From contig OZ316891.1 in the NCBI GenBank assembly GCA_973895155.1, positions 18,149,702 to 18,213,701 on the forward strand: a stretch of 64,000 bases of DNA, in the 5' to 3' direction. The stretch is from Marsupella aquatica. Taxonomy: Eukaryota; Plantae; Marchantiophyta. The notes beneath the pieces are model-generated. The model worked only from the letters and a program-made list of their open reading frames with translations, ran no database searches and had not been told where the DNA came from. A program made the translations under genes and the position numbers. Shown one piece after another: positions 1 through 16,120 of the stretch (positions are counted from its first letter, which is position 1; every line of letters starts with the position of its first letter).

Positions 1-1904
1 TAAAGCCTACACTAGTAGGGTACTTACTAATCTTTTTAACTAAGTAGTGTATTACATGATGGATTACGCTATAATTTGCATTACTTCATCGTAAATGGTC
101 ATTTCAAATTACAGCATAATGACATAAATAATAGTTGCTAGATTTCATTTGTTTACTTTGAAAAGAATGTCAACATGGATATGCATGAAAATGCTTAGAA
201 AATGCATTTTAAAACTTGCAAGCATACCTAAACTTTTGTACCAAATAAGGACCAACTTTTCGGCAATTATATATGCATTGCGGAAACCTGATGGTTGCTA
301 CAGACTTGGAGGGCAAAGGGGTGCACCCGAGAACTCTGGCGAGGACCAAGTGGGTGAGCCATCTGGTTCAAAAGAAACTTCATAAACTTGCCTGAAGGGA
401 GGCTTCATCCTGAGACCTTCTCAGTGAAAACTAGCATTTGCACTAGTGAGCTACCCCCTGCAGCTATAAACTCAGAGCAAAACTCATTAATTAACTTCTT
501 TTTCACACAAAAACTGGTGAGGCCCTGGGTGCCTTGCTGCAACCCACAGAGTCCCAATTCTCTGTATTACTGGTTAAATATGTTTGTTACCTAGACATTG
601 CACTATACATTAGCACCTGACTTCTGATATGTTTTGATTCTAAATACTTCCTACCGTAAAGACTTTTTCAAAGATTTTCCTGAGAACAAAGTCTTGATGA
701 GTTTCAAGTCCGTGTGTGCAAGACTGGATTTGAATCTTCCATTGTGTCTCCTTGAAGGCTATGGGCCATAACCCCATCGCAACTTGGCTGGGAAATTCCC
801 TATTTTAAATGTGTTATGGCGGTAAATCAGGACTGTGGCTCCTCCCAAGCTAATTTTTCCAATAATCACTCGTTGGGTTTAGGTTCAATAACCCATTGCT
901 TGAGCTAGTAGCCTGTAGACCCATACAGGCATGGGTTATTCTACACTTAAACGGTAGACCTGCCTGCAGGCTTTCCCAGTCACTTTCCATGATCACACTG
1001 TCATACTCTAAAAACACTTGTAGGTGTTTTCATTAAAAATATAAACTATTCTAAATGTAATTTTGCGGGAATCCACATTTTGAGCCAAGGATCACCCCCT
1101 ATGGTGAGCTGATGTGAGCTTGTCCTCAAAAATTCCCTAAAATACATTATGGTCTTTCATACAGACAATTGTATGATATGTGAAATGAGTACTACCGAGT
1201 ACCCAGAGAAGTTTATACAAGAATATTGAAGAACAACACCACTTTTGTAAATCTAACACAACTTCACATACTCGGTTATGAGAGTAGTGAACCCTAGCCT
1301 GGTGACTCACCTGTAACCTTTGAACAAGTTTTCGGTTCAACTGACAACAACTGTTGCAGCAAAAACGAGATGCACGGTTGGAATCACCATCCACACTCTG
1401 AGGCTAAAAGGAACGGGATTTTGCTCAAAAATGTCAAGAAAGACTGGAATTTAAGCCAATGAGGAATGATTTTCCTAGCAAGGCAAATCCATCAGATTGC
1501 TAGCAAGTCACAGCCATCCCCAACATCAACATGAATTGGGACCCCTTCATCAGCAATCTTGCATTTCTAGTGCATTGGTAGGACTCCAGATGATCACTGA
1601 GTTTGATTGCCAACAACAAAAGTCCAAACAATTGGGTTATCTGAGAGAAAATGGACACTGAAATGAGGGTATTGTAAGCCAGGTTTTTGCAAACAAGGGA
1701 TTAAATTGCTAGTAAAGTGTTGGATATTTGAAGCCTTCCTAGTGAGAAAAAAGTCCAATGTTATTATCCTCGCAACTCATGGTACTGATACTTGGGATTG
1801 GGTATCTTTAGTGTGGGCAAGAGTGTCAGTCTTTTTTATCAGATGTCCCGGAAGGGTGTCAGTCTTTGACCCTAACAAAGCTTAATTGAGTGATAGGGGC
1901 CCAA

Positions 1905-2250
1905 AAATGGCCTAGTACAGATTGTCGGCCACCATATTGTAGAAAGTATCTGAAAAATTCACTCTACACCATATGGTTCAGCCTTTGCATGACCATTATT
2001 TTTGAACCAAATACCGTACTCTCCAGCCTGTTCTGACGCCTAGGTTTGAATGGGCATATTGTAAAAACTTATTTGATAACTCATGTTCACCATTTTGTTC
2101 ACCATGTTGTGAACACCCCTAGGTTTGGATGACCATATTTTAGACACTTGAGTGAAACCTGTGAAGCATATTGTGATTTACTGACTACCTAGGCTTGGTC
2201 ACGGGCCTGGTTCTTTTGCTTTAGAGATTTAGTCACGGGCCTAGTACTTT
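1905..2250. repeat. Degenerate ~70-80-bp tandem repeat
   Basis: Recurrent CCTAGGTTTG(A/G)ATG..CATATT(G/T)TA at ~2039 and ~2118, with looser copies at ~1911 and ~2188. GTCACGGGCCT is duplicated at ~2198 and ~2232. Confidence 0.5.
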
Positions 2251-3195
2251 TGTTGTAGGTTGTACCCTGGACAGCCTACAACCTACGGCACGTGATTCTG
2301 GCTTCCATTCTGTACCATGGATTTTCTGTGCCGTCGAAGCTCATGTCCCTCAGTGCTGATGGTGCAAAGGTTTTCCAGGGGTCGAGGAAGGGGGTTCCAA
2401 AACAGTTCACCAACAAACAGTCTGAACCCTACATGTGGGGCATGCATTGTACTAAATTTGCACTGGAGACTATTTCCTCTTTGCCACTTACCAAAAGCTC
2501 TCCAAACCGAGGATAGCCAACGATCCATCTGTCACCTCAAAATAACTCAGTACCAGCAAAATTCAAATCGATCAATCCGCATGCTTATTTCCCAAAGTAA
2601 CAGGCACTGTCATCGACATACATACATCTCAAACTTCCACAATTCTCATGATTTCGCTCAGAAATGCATGAATCTTTATATTGATCAATACAGAGCCAAT
2701 AGAGCTACTGGCATTACTGAAATATACACCGGTCAGTGTTCTTCCGTCGATTCTCGGTGCAAATGAAACGAATCAACATTCGCTTTGACGACAGAGGGCT
2801 CTCAGACATAAAAACCACGGTCAACCGTTCTCGTGAGACTATGGTGGGTCCTGAATGGATAGCTTTTAGTGGTATTTGTTCGTCTGTCGGGGGATGGGTG
2901 GGGGCGGGGGTGATGGTTGCGGCAAGAACCATACGCACGGATGAACTGGATCTCACAGATATTCTATCGGAGTGAAACCTCCAAAATAGTGCTAGGGCTA
3001 GAGCCATACAAATACTTGTCTGGCGAGTTTGGAGGTTACCTAAAATGAAAAACATCCGGATGAACTACTTCAATCTCTAGGTCGCACTACACAACGAAAC
3101 CTCGAACTGACACAGCAAACATGCTATGTCGAAGGAAATTCACTGGAGATCCGGATGCACAGGAGGAGCTCGATACCATGAGTCAAACATATGCC

Positions 3196-7304
<4,109 letters not shown>

Positions 7305-7399
7305 GGCTTCTCCTGCATCGGCGTCCGCAACTTCCTTTTCTCTGCCCCCTCACTCCCTCTCTCTTGATCCCTTCTTCTCCGTGTATATCGCAGAATATG

Positions 7400-7875
7400 T
7401 TTTAGTCTCTCCTCCTCCTCCTCCTCCTCCTCCACACTCCCTCCCTCTCCTCAGTACAATACTGAACAACAACAATAATCGTCAATCAATCCTGCTCTGT
7501 GTCTTTCCGCCTCAGTCTCTCCTCCTCCTCCTCACACCCTGACTGTTCTCAATACCAAACACGCGACAACGACAACAATCGTCGATCAATCCTGCTTGTA
7601 TACTACTGCTGCTGCTGCTGCTGCTGCTCCTCCTCGTCCAACAGCCATAATCCGGCCACGGCGTGCGCCAGAGCATCCAAATCGCTCCACAGAAGTAGTC
7701 AACCGAACCACCTGATGTCCGAGCAAATGCTCTGCCGCGCACTGGCGACGACGATGTCTCTGCTTTTCTCTCTTTCGCCTCGCTCAGCTGCGCTGCCTCC
7801 TCCCTAGAGCTCCTTCTCCGAGCTTTCTTCTCTCTCTCTCTCCCTCTCTTCTCTCTCTCTCTCTCGCTCGCTCTG
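7400..7875. repeat. Microsatellite-rich MAPK 5' leader: (CCT)n, (CTG)n, (CT)n plus a ~105-bp imperfect duplication
   Basis: (CCT)n at ~7409-7433, (CTG)n at ~7605-7627, (CT)n at ~7827-7866. The blocks AGTCTCTCCTCCTCC...CAATCCTGCT recur at ~7403-7497 and ~7514-7596. Confidence 0.8.
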
Positions 7876-8243
7876 CACTCTGTCGTCTCGTCCTCGTCCT
7901 CGACCCGCAGAACGAAAACGAGAAGGCTGCTGACCGAAAGGTTCGTTTCGTCCTAATTGCGAACTTGCCACCTCGCTTCCCTCGCATAGCTCGGATTCCC
8001 TTAAACCTTTACTTGCAGTCTTGCGTCCTCTCCAGGGTCATTTTTTATTTATTTTTCTCTTTTTTGCAAAGGTGGCGACTAGGGTGTGTCAAAGTACAGT
8101 CACGAGCAAAGTCTTGCGGGTGTGAATTTTTTGGAGGTCTGATCGTTCTGGAGCACGTATATGTGTAGCGCATAAAAATTGTCACAAGCAAAGTTTTGTG
8201 GTTGTTGTAAGGACTTAGGATCCTTATGGGGCATAAAGTCTTG

Positions 8244-8407
8244 GTCCCAATCGTGAAACCTTTTTATGTCATTCGTCCTATCTCACAACTATGTTTTGAC
8301 TAGACCCTAATGTCACCTTGTGTTTTTGTCCCTATCGTGAAACCTTTTTATGTCTTTCGTCCTATCTCACAACTATGTTTTTGACAACACCCTAATGTCA
8401 CCTTGTG
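8244..8407. repeat. Tandem duplication, 2 x ~83 bp
   Basis: GTCCC(A/T)ATCGTGAAACCTTTTTATGTC...AATGTCACCTTGTG at 8244-8322 and 8327-8407. Confidence 0.9.
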
Positions 8408-8639
8408 CAAGCCCTAGTAGACCTCCTTAAGGACCTCCACTTTTGCAAAAATGCTCCTTTCACTTTCCCTCCCCTTGCCTCCTCTTCACGGTCACTTTAG
8501 AGGTTTTTTTTTTCCCTTTTTTGCCAACCGAAGGTGGCTGATGTCACCTTCTGGAAATTGAAGCACTTATGAGCCTCCAGGTTTTCCAAAATGCTTGGAT
8601 AGACTGTTTGCATTACAAGTGGACTATAGTGAAACCAAT

Positions 8640-9175
8640 AGATAGAAATGTACATAGTTAGAAACTCTTTGGCTCCACATTGTAAAACTAAATAATCAAT
8701 CTCCTTAGTACTTGATGAAATCTGTTAATGTTTGATTCATTGGAAAGCTCAAGATCAAGACTTAGAAATTCATGACCTCTTTAGTACTATCTTGATAAAA
8801 TATCTCAATGTTACACTCATTCGAAAACTAGTAAAATTAGAAACTCATCATCTCCATAGTACTTGACAAAATCTATCAATGATAGGTTCATTGAAAAGCT
8901 AGAGAAATTTGGATACTCATGATCACTCTAATTCTTGACAAATACTCCCAATGTCACACATTAGAAAGCTAGAGAGATTGAAAACCTTATGATCTCTTTA
9001 GTACCGTGACAAAATTTGACATAAAATTTGTCAATGTTGGACTCAATGCTGGAAAGCTAAAAAAATTCATGAAATCGTGATCAAAATTTCTTATTGTCAC
9101 ATTGGAAAGGCATAGAATTCAAAAACTCATTTGGAACTTGACAAAATTTGTCAATCTGAGGCTCAATGGAAACCC
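8640..9175. repeat. Degenerate tandem array, ~7-8 units of ~50-90 bp
   Basis: Units start with ATTGGAAAGCTA-like words at ~8679, 8739, 8819, 8890, 8960, 9050, 9101 and 9165. Most contain ...CTCTTTAGTACTTGACAAAAT..TCAATG. Confidence 0.75.
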
Positions 9176-11409
9176 TTTCTCAATTAAGACATGTCACAAT
9201 CTCATTACCGTCACAAACTTAACCGCTGCAAATTGATTTCTTTGATTACATCGCCATCGTTTGTCCACGACGCTTGCTTCCTAGCTTGAATTGTTCACGT
9301 CCCTCCAATCTTCAACCAAAGCTCACTTTGAACACAAGTTGACACCAAATGCAGTCTCTATGTCAAAAAACAATCGCTAATCTCCCTCTCACACCATAGC
9401 TTTCTTAAATTAAAAAAATACAAAATCTTCATGTGAAGTGATGTCGTCCATTTTGTGCGTTCTTCTCACCGAAATCACAACGAAGCGCTCTTTTGCCAAT
9501 AGCTGAGTGTTGTCCTTCGCTCTGTCTTGTGGCCGTAATGCTCAACGTAACTCACAAACAATTAATCATGAATGGTAGAAACACAATTTCTCCAATGTGT
9601 AAACGAAAATTGTCAAAAAACTCAATTCCTCCACATTCCACCTTCTGTTTGATAAACCAGAGAGATCATCTCAACCAAGACTACCGAGAGACTCAAAACC
9701 ATCGGTTAATGCCTTATTGGAAACTGATTTCACTTCATCACACACACATTTCTTGGATGAACATGGGGGTCCATGGATTAATTGGAAATTTGATGATGTT
9801 GAGGTCATTGGAAATATGTTTCCAAACTATTTATAACACCAAGAAAATTTAGATCCCATTGGATATGAAGGGAGACACTAAGTGTCAATGTTAGCTGTTC
9901 ACAAACTTATTGTAGCAGAACCATTGCAATACCCCTAAGTCCAAGAAGACATCTTTATGAAGATGGTCACCGATATATGCTAGTAGCAGCACCATGAGCT
10001 CCTTGGCAACCTGGTTGTGGGTGCTCTAAGAAGCATTTCCAATAGAGTTAAGGGCCAAAGTGATGGCCCGGACTAGATTTGATCTTCTTGAAAGAATAAA
10101 ATTGAACAAGGTTCAATACCCGATAGTACATCCAGATCATGCAGACACATGGCTCAATTTGGAGATGAGGTGACGTCTTCTGGCAGACCTAGGCAGATGA
10201 TTTTGGCCCTCGTGCAATTCACAAAAACCTATGGTTGAAAAAATAGCTTTTGTCTTGGGCCTAAAAAGACGATGGTGATAGCAAGAACTGATGGGAGCTG
10301 ATTTTTGGCAAATAGCCTAGGGAACCTTTGCCTTCTTTTGCTTGCCTTTGGAAGCTTCAGCTACAAACAAGAAATTCACAATCTAGGATAAGAGAAAGAG
10401 GAGGTCTGTGTATGCAAGCAGCAAAAGGAGAATGTGAGAGGCAGAGCTTTTACACATCCACCAAAACCAGGAGTTCACTTTTGCCCTTCTTTCACCGAGG
10501 ACAGAGATTGGACTGTCATCCAATCATAACCTGCCCAATCCTGTTCAGAACCCCATAGGGGGGTCAGAGTGCTAGATGACATGAAGATTAGCATTTCTGT
10601 TGGGCAAAACCCAATTCCCTAATTTTCCAAGTCGGGTTTCAGTATACCAGTTGGACGTGCCCTTTTGGCTTTTGTTTACTGAGCAGGGTCAACATCCTGT
10701 CTTACTAACCCAATCCATCAAGGGTGGACCGAGATGCCCTTACACCAAACTGGATCTGATGGCAGCACCAGTGGGGATGATGCAAGAGTGCCAATCGCCA
10801 ACAGAGTGACCAGCAAACACTTATCACCTCAAAAGTTAGTTGATGAGCGTTGAACATTGCGGCTAGCCAACACCTTGTCCTGGAACCGTGCTGGTAGTTA
10901 GGTTCATGCCAATAATACTAAGGTAAAATAGTCTTGGTGCCCAGCCCAGTAAAGTGAAGTTCCACAAATTTTGTCTGTCAAAATATGCTGGCCGGTATCT
11001 GAAATGGGGAGGAAATTAAATTCGAGACACAACAGCCTGAAAATTACTAGGAAAATTGCACACAGACTGTAAAAATTTTGGTTGGGACAGTCTGACATCA
11101 AGTTAAAACCGGTCCTCGACCAAAGCTATGTGGTCACAATAGGCTGAACTAATATCTAGAGTTCATATGGTTTTGACAGTACCTTCTGATATACATTTTG
11201 GGGTCATTTCTGACCCCCGTGACAATATTGAACTATAGTACAACCATTACCTTTTCATAATCAACGATCACAAACCAAGTTACAGCTACAGTACCCCATT
11301 CAATCCACCCTACCAGGAGTTGGAGATGCTCTAATACCAAAACCATGGCCTGATAGGAGGTGGGTGCTCCCAGCCAGCCAATCTGCTCAAGAGAGTCACC
11401 AGCAAACAT

Positions 11410-11700
11410 TCATCACCAGCATAATTTTCAAGGTTTTTACTTTATTGCCTCAGTGGTGAATGCCACCTTCAGTGAAGGTGAAGACACTACAAATATTCTT
11501 TCTCTCATTTTAATAGCTAAATTTCTGACTGTCAGATCTTCCTAGCCTTAAGGATAGCCATTATATTTTGAGATGGGGTCTGTGGCTAGCAGAGAAAACT
11601 GGATATTGGAAGAAGAAAATGTAGCAATTTTTGCCAAAACTGGAGGAAGACTTTTCAGAAAGGTTGAATCTAGCAGATTTTTGCCACTCTTAAACACTCC
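11410..11700 (+). repeat. Unclassified dispersed repeat family, copy 1
   Basis: Ordered motifs AAGGTTTTT, GTGGTGAATGCCACCTT, ATTTCTGACTGTCAGATCTTCCTAG, GGGGTCTGTGGCTAG, shared with the other copies. Confidence 0.65.
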
Positions 11701-13459
11701 AGTCATTGCGTCTAAAATTTGCACTACAACATCACCGTCTACAAATTGCCAAACAAAAACCTCTAGCAGCTGGGCGTATGGTTTCACCAGGAGTGCAGTC
11801 AATCCTGTCTAAATGCATGATGGATAACTGCGAGAAAAACACTTAGATGAAGACAAGGTAGGATATATTAGGGCATCTCAAAGTTCACAATATCTAAATG
11901 CATGATGGATAACTGCAAGAAAAACACTAGAATGAATTGCCCTCTTTTGCAAAAGTGGAATTGCACCTTCTTGCAATTCTCATACAATTTCACAAATGCA
12001 ACACGAGGTACTCTTAGGACAAATTTTTACAGTCCAAAAACATATATTGACTGTTCCAGAGTACTGCATATCAATTACTTTGAACACTTGTCAATAAGAG
12101 CACATGTATAGTAACAATTAATAAATGTATAGTTATAGAACCCTGCACTATTGGATGATTGCAAGGAATTTAGTTGCTTGTGCTCAACTTTAATTTGCTA
12201 CCTACCTGATCTGATATGTGTTCTCCAAAGCTACAGGGTTTAACTCAATAATAGCTACTGTAGATCTCCCTGTTCATTCTCAAAATGGTGTCCTCACTTG
12301 AATTCCAAGCCAATGAGTGCTCTAGAGTCACATTAAGTCCTTCGAGGGACAAATAAAAGAGTCACCACAAGATTTTTAGAGCAGGCAAGATGGATGCCTC
12401 TACCCAGTTGCGGAAGGTGAGTTCTACATGCAAGGTGCAAAGAAAGTTTGTATTTGCTTGCAGGACTTGCCTGCCCTACCCCTTCTGTTCTTCATGGAAG
12501 GTGTAGCAAATTTTTAACAATTGCCCAGCCAAACCCACTGGCCACCTATGCATTGCAACTCTTCCCTTGACCTGTAACTAAATTGTTTCATAATTTGTGG
12601 TCTTTGTAAACTATAGTAAAGAGACAAGGCAGAAAACTCAGATAGTGGCTTAAGTTCTCAAGCACTAGCAATTACAATATCCCATTGTAAGGGACGAGCC
12701 AGGTGTCACCATTGACATGGATGTGTAATGTAGAAAATTTGCATCAAAGGTAGCAATGGAGAGTCCTTCTTCCCCAGCATTTGGATGGACTACAACATAT
12801 GAATTGGAGGGGTATTTTGTGAAGTTCAAGCTTTGAAGGTATCTCTGTAGCTTTGACAACTGAAAGAAGGACTCCCATGTAACCATTCGGGACTTTGTAG
12901 GTATTGGTGTAATTCTAACAGCTAAATATAATTGCTTGGGTGGACGGTCACTCTCATGAACCTTGCAACCCAGACGTCCCAGGTCTATAGACCACAAAGC
13001 TATGAGTTATTCTACAAAGGAAAAATGCTATCTGAGTAAAAATCAGTTCTCTTACAGTCCATCTGCGTCCTCTTGGTACATCCAGGCATGCCATGGGGCT
13101 TTCAGTTTCTTGGACAACTTGTACCAATAATAGAATCCGGTAAATTTTTATCTTTGACGGCCATCACTCGAGGCCCAAACCGCGGCGAAGCCACCGTTTG
13201 GTACTGTACCGGGTTTGGATCGGATCGGAAAAGACCAGAACACGCACAACAAAATAATGATGCCGTGAGCAAAGTGGATTGAAAGACGGCACGGTTCGTA
13301 AGACTGAGGACGGTTGACCGTCTACACACTGACGTTCGCTCCTGGTCCAACGAGGCAAAAGTCCGGCACCGGAATAGCAGCACGGGCAGAAGCCCAAAGT
13401 CCACACACGGCGCACACCGCTATCGGAGTGCGGAGTGCGGACCCACCGCCAAAAAGGTG

Positions 13460-13860
13460 AATTCAGGGTACTTCTAACGCTTCTTCGCCTAGGTGGCGAA
13501 TGTAATCTCGTGCTAATTGAAGAAGATATGCTCAGATATTCGGGGTCTAATCTCCTAGATTAATTTATGGTCATTAGATTGCCCTAGATTAAAGGATGTC
13601 CGCCTGATTTTCTCTATGGAAAGGGGTCTCTGGCTAGGTGTGGAACTGGCGGAATCTAAGACAAGCAAGTCAGGTGAACTTTTGTCACAAGTGGCAAAGA
13701 CTGTTCATTGAATTCGGTAATTTTGAGCCACCAGAAAAAGGCTCAGGGGGGTCTTTCCAATAAGACATACACACTGAAGCCCCCTGGATCAAAGTTTCAC
13801 AAAACGCCCAGATGGACTGCAGAAAAAACCATTTTTGTACTCAGACAGCACTTTTCCTTC
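13460..13860 (+). repeat. Unclassified dispersed repeat family, copy 2
   Basis: GTGGCGAATGT (13493), TAGATTGCCCTAGATT (13575), GGGGTCTCTGGCTAG (13623), ACAAGTGGCAAA, GCCCAGATGGACT. Confidence 0.6.
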
Positions 13861-14449
13861 ATAAGGACCTCCATACTTTTCTAGTCGACAATAACCTGAT
13901 CCATCTGGGTTGTAAGGTTCATGGAGTGGTCCATCCAAGCATTAAGTTTAGCGGGAAGTTTAGTTGTCAAATTACACCAATACCATAAAGTCTCTGCAAA
14001 TCCTAGGTAGAAAGGGACCCTAGTTTGTTATTGTTGATGCAATTCTTTGACAATATGTCTCACACATCCACATCATCTGGCTTCTCCATTACAACATTGG
14101 GGTTTTGTAATTGTTACTGTTTGGTAACTAAAGACACTATCTAAATTTCCTTCCTTGTGATATTATATTAGTTTACAAAAAATTTGAGTAAAAATTTACA
14201 AAGAAAATATTTACTTACATGTCAAGAGAAGAGTGCTCAGCTGCATTGTGCCAATTGGTTTTGTTGGGGTTATTGTTAACATTTGGTGACACGTTCTAGG
14301 AAGGACACAATGGCGACAGCCACGAAGACCTGGGCTTGCAGTAGCATGGCCTGGCAAACGGGCTCTGAGAAATTCTTGAGATGTCAGTTCCATGGGCCCA
14401 GAAGGGGTGCACCTTGTGAACAAAATTGTTTCAGGTAGGTCTAACTCTG

Positions 14450-15976
14450 AGTCGCGGAACTCGACTACCTTAACCGTCGCGGAACTCGACTACCTTAACA
14501 CTAGTCACGGAACTCGACTACCTTAACACTTCGCTCCGGCGTCGCTGGCTCCGACGCCGAGCTCCATCCAGGCCCGGATAGGCCATCCGGGGAGGACTTA
14601 CCATGGGGAGACTTGTGGGCAATGAGACGTGGCACTAGCGAGGCAAGGGGCCAAGCTGGGGATACTCACTAAGGACTGGGACTAGCTTATGGCTAGTTGG
14701 GTCAAGGGGAAATGGGCCGGGCTCAAGGATCGTCGTCCGGACCATCGGATGGGCTTTGAGTTCTGAGGGCTTGGGAGTGAGCTCCTCTTGGGCCCAAGGC
14801 CAATGGAATTGATGTCATTGGCAACGGACGCTTGGGGCGCAAGTTGTGGCCCGAGCCGGGTTGGGCCGGTTGGGGGCCCCGAGAAGCGATCAGACCTGAG
14901 GGCCTAGGCATGAGCATTGGGTCGGCCTGGTCACAACGGGCTAAGGCACTCCGCTTGCGGATGCCTATCAAGAAAGTTATGGGCGTTGCCAGTTGGTGGC
15001 GCGCCCATTATGCGCGATGGGATCCGGGTTGGGGGCCAAATGTTTCGGGACCAAAGCTGGTCCGGGGGTGGCAGGTCTCTAGAAACATATATGAGGGGAG
15101 TGGTGTCTCCCTGGGGGCTAAGGGCGAGCCGAAGTCGTGAGCCGCGGCGGTCGCGACACTAAGGGAAACCGTCAAACAGAAATGACGATATCTTCCCAAT
15201 GGGAAGTCCGTTGGAGGACTTCTTAGGTGCGTTGGAAATCTCTTGAGGATGAGCTCAGCTGGGTCTGGAGCTGCCAAGGGTTCTCGTGGTTTGCGGGTGT
15301 TAGCTTGCCCGTTAGCCAAATCCTGCCGAATAGTAGCCAACCCGCGTTCAGCCTCCCAAGGGAGCTTGTGTAGGAGAGGCAAGGCCAAGTAGGTATGGAG
15401 GCTGAGTCCCAAGGGCGCTCGGCCCCTAGACCATCAGTGGAGCAAACCGGGAGTCAGTGTTGGAGTCGAGGCCGTTCTGGTCCCGACGTGTTGGGACAAG
15501 CTTGGCACAAGCTTTAGGACAAGCTACGCTAATTGGGCCATGAGCATGTCCTGAGGTCAGGGCGGTCAGTTGGTGATGGATAGGTACGAGGGGGGACCCG
15601 GGACGCGCCCAAGGAAGGAGCTGTCCTGGACGGACAGTGGGCGTGGGTTCTGGTTCTGGCTTATGGCATCGGGAGGACCTATCGCTGACCTATTTACCAA
15701 CGTCTGTTGAGCTTGAGTTAGGATGCTAGACTTGGCAAGTTCCAGATCCGGCAGGGTTACTTACCGAGGTGCTTGGTTGTTTGTGCAGACATTGAGGACC
15801 GTTGAGTAGCGGTCGTGTAGGTGAGCAAGTGCGGCTTCGTATGAGAGTGGCCGCTGGGGGTGCTAGAGGCACTTGGATGCTTGCTCGAGGTATTCCATGG
15901 AGGCGTTCGGGCACCAAGGGCACTTAGGCACAAGTGCTGGGATTGGTGAGGGCGCTGGGTGGCTAGGTCCACCACT
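14450..15976 (+). repeat. 5' LTR (1527 bp), termini AGT...ACT
   Basis: Direct repeat of 21689-23235 (about 95-96% identity by eye over the first 300 bp; two indels totalling 20 bp). Preceded by the TSD and followed by TG plus the PBS. Confidence 0.93.
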
Positions 15977-15978
15977 TG

Positions 15979-15990
15979 TGGTATCAGAGC
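15979..15990 (+). promoter_or_regulatory. Primer binding site complementary to the 3' end of initiator tRNA-Met
   Basis: TGGTATCAGAGC, the canonical plant tRNA-iMet PBS, lies 2 nt after the 5' LTR. Confidence 0.93.
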
Positions 15991-16120
15991 GATTGCTGGC
16001 ATAGACACCGGGCCGGGTTGTGCTAAGTCAGAATCTAAAAATCTTAACGGATTTTTGCGGGGACTTAGTGCTTCAACGTGCCCGACGGGTCGACTGCGGG
16101 CAGATTCGGTCGTTGGGAAC

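Noticed and set aside
12600-12730. Minus-strand peptide GDTWLVPYNGIL, reminiscent of Helitron Rep 'DNRWVVPYNP'
   Set aside because: The flanking Helitron motifs are not recoverable and the match is too short to support.
14450-14530. CRISPR-like palindromic repeats, also considered for 58839-59024 and the GTCCAGGCGCG array
   Set aside because: There are no unique regularly sized spacers and no cas genes, and the context is eukaryotic.
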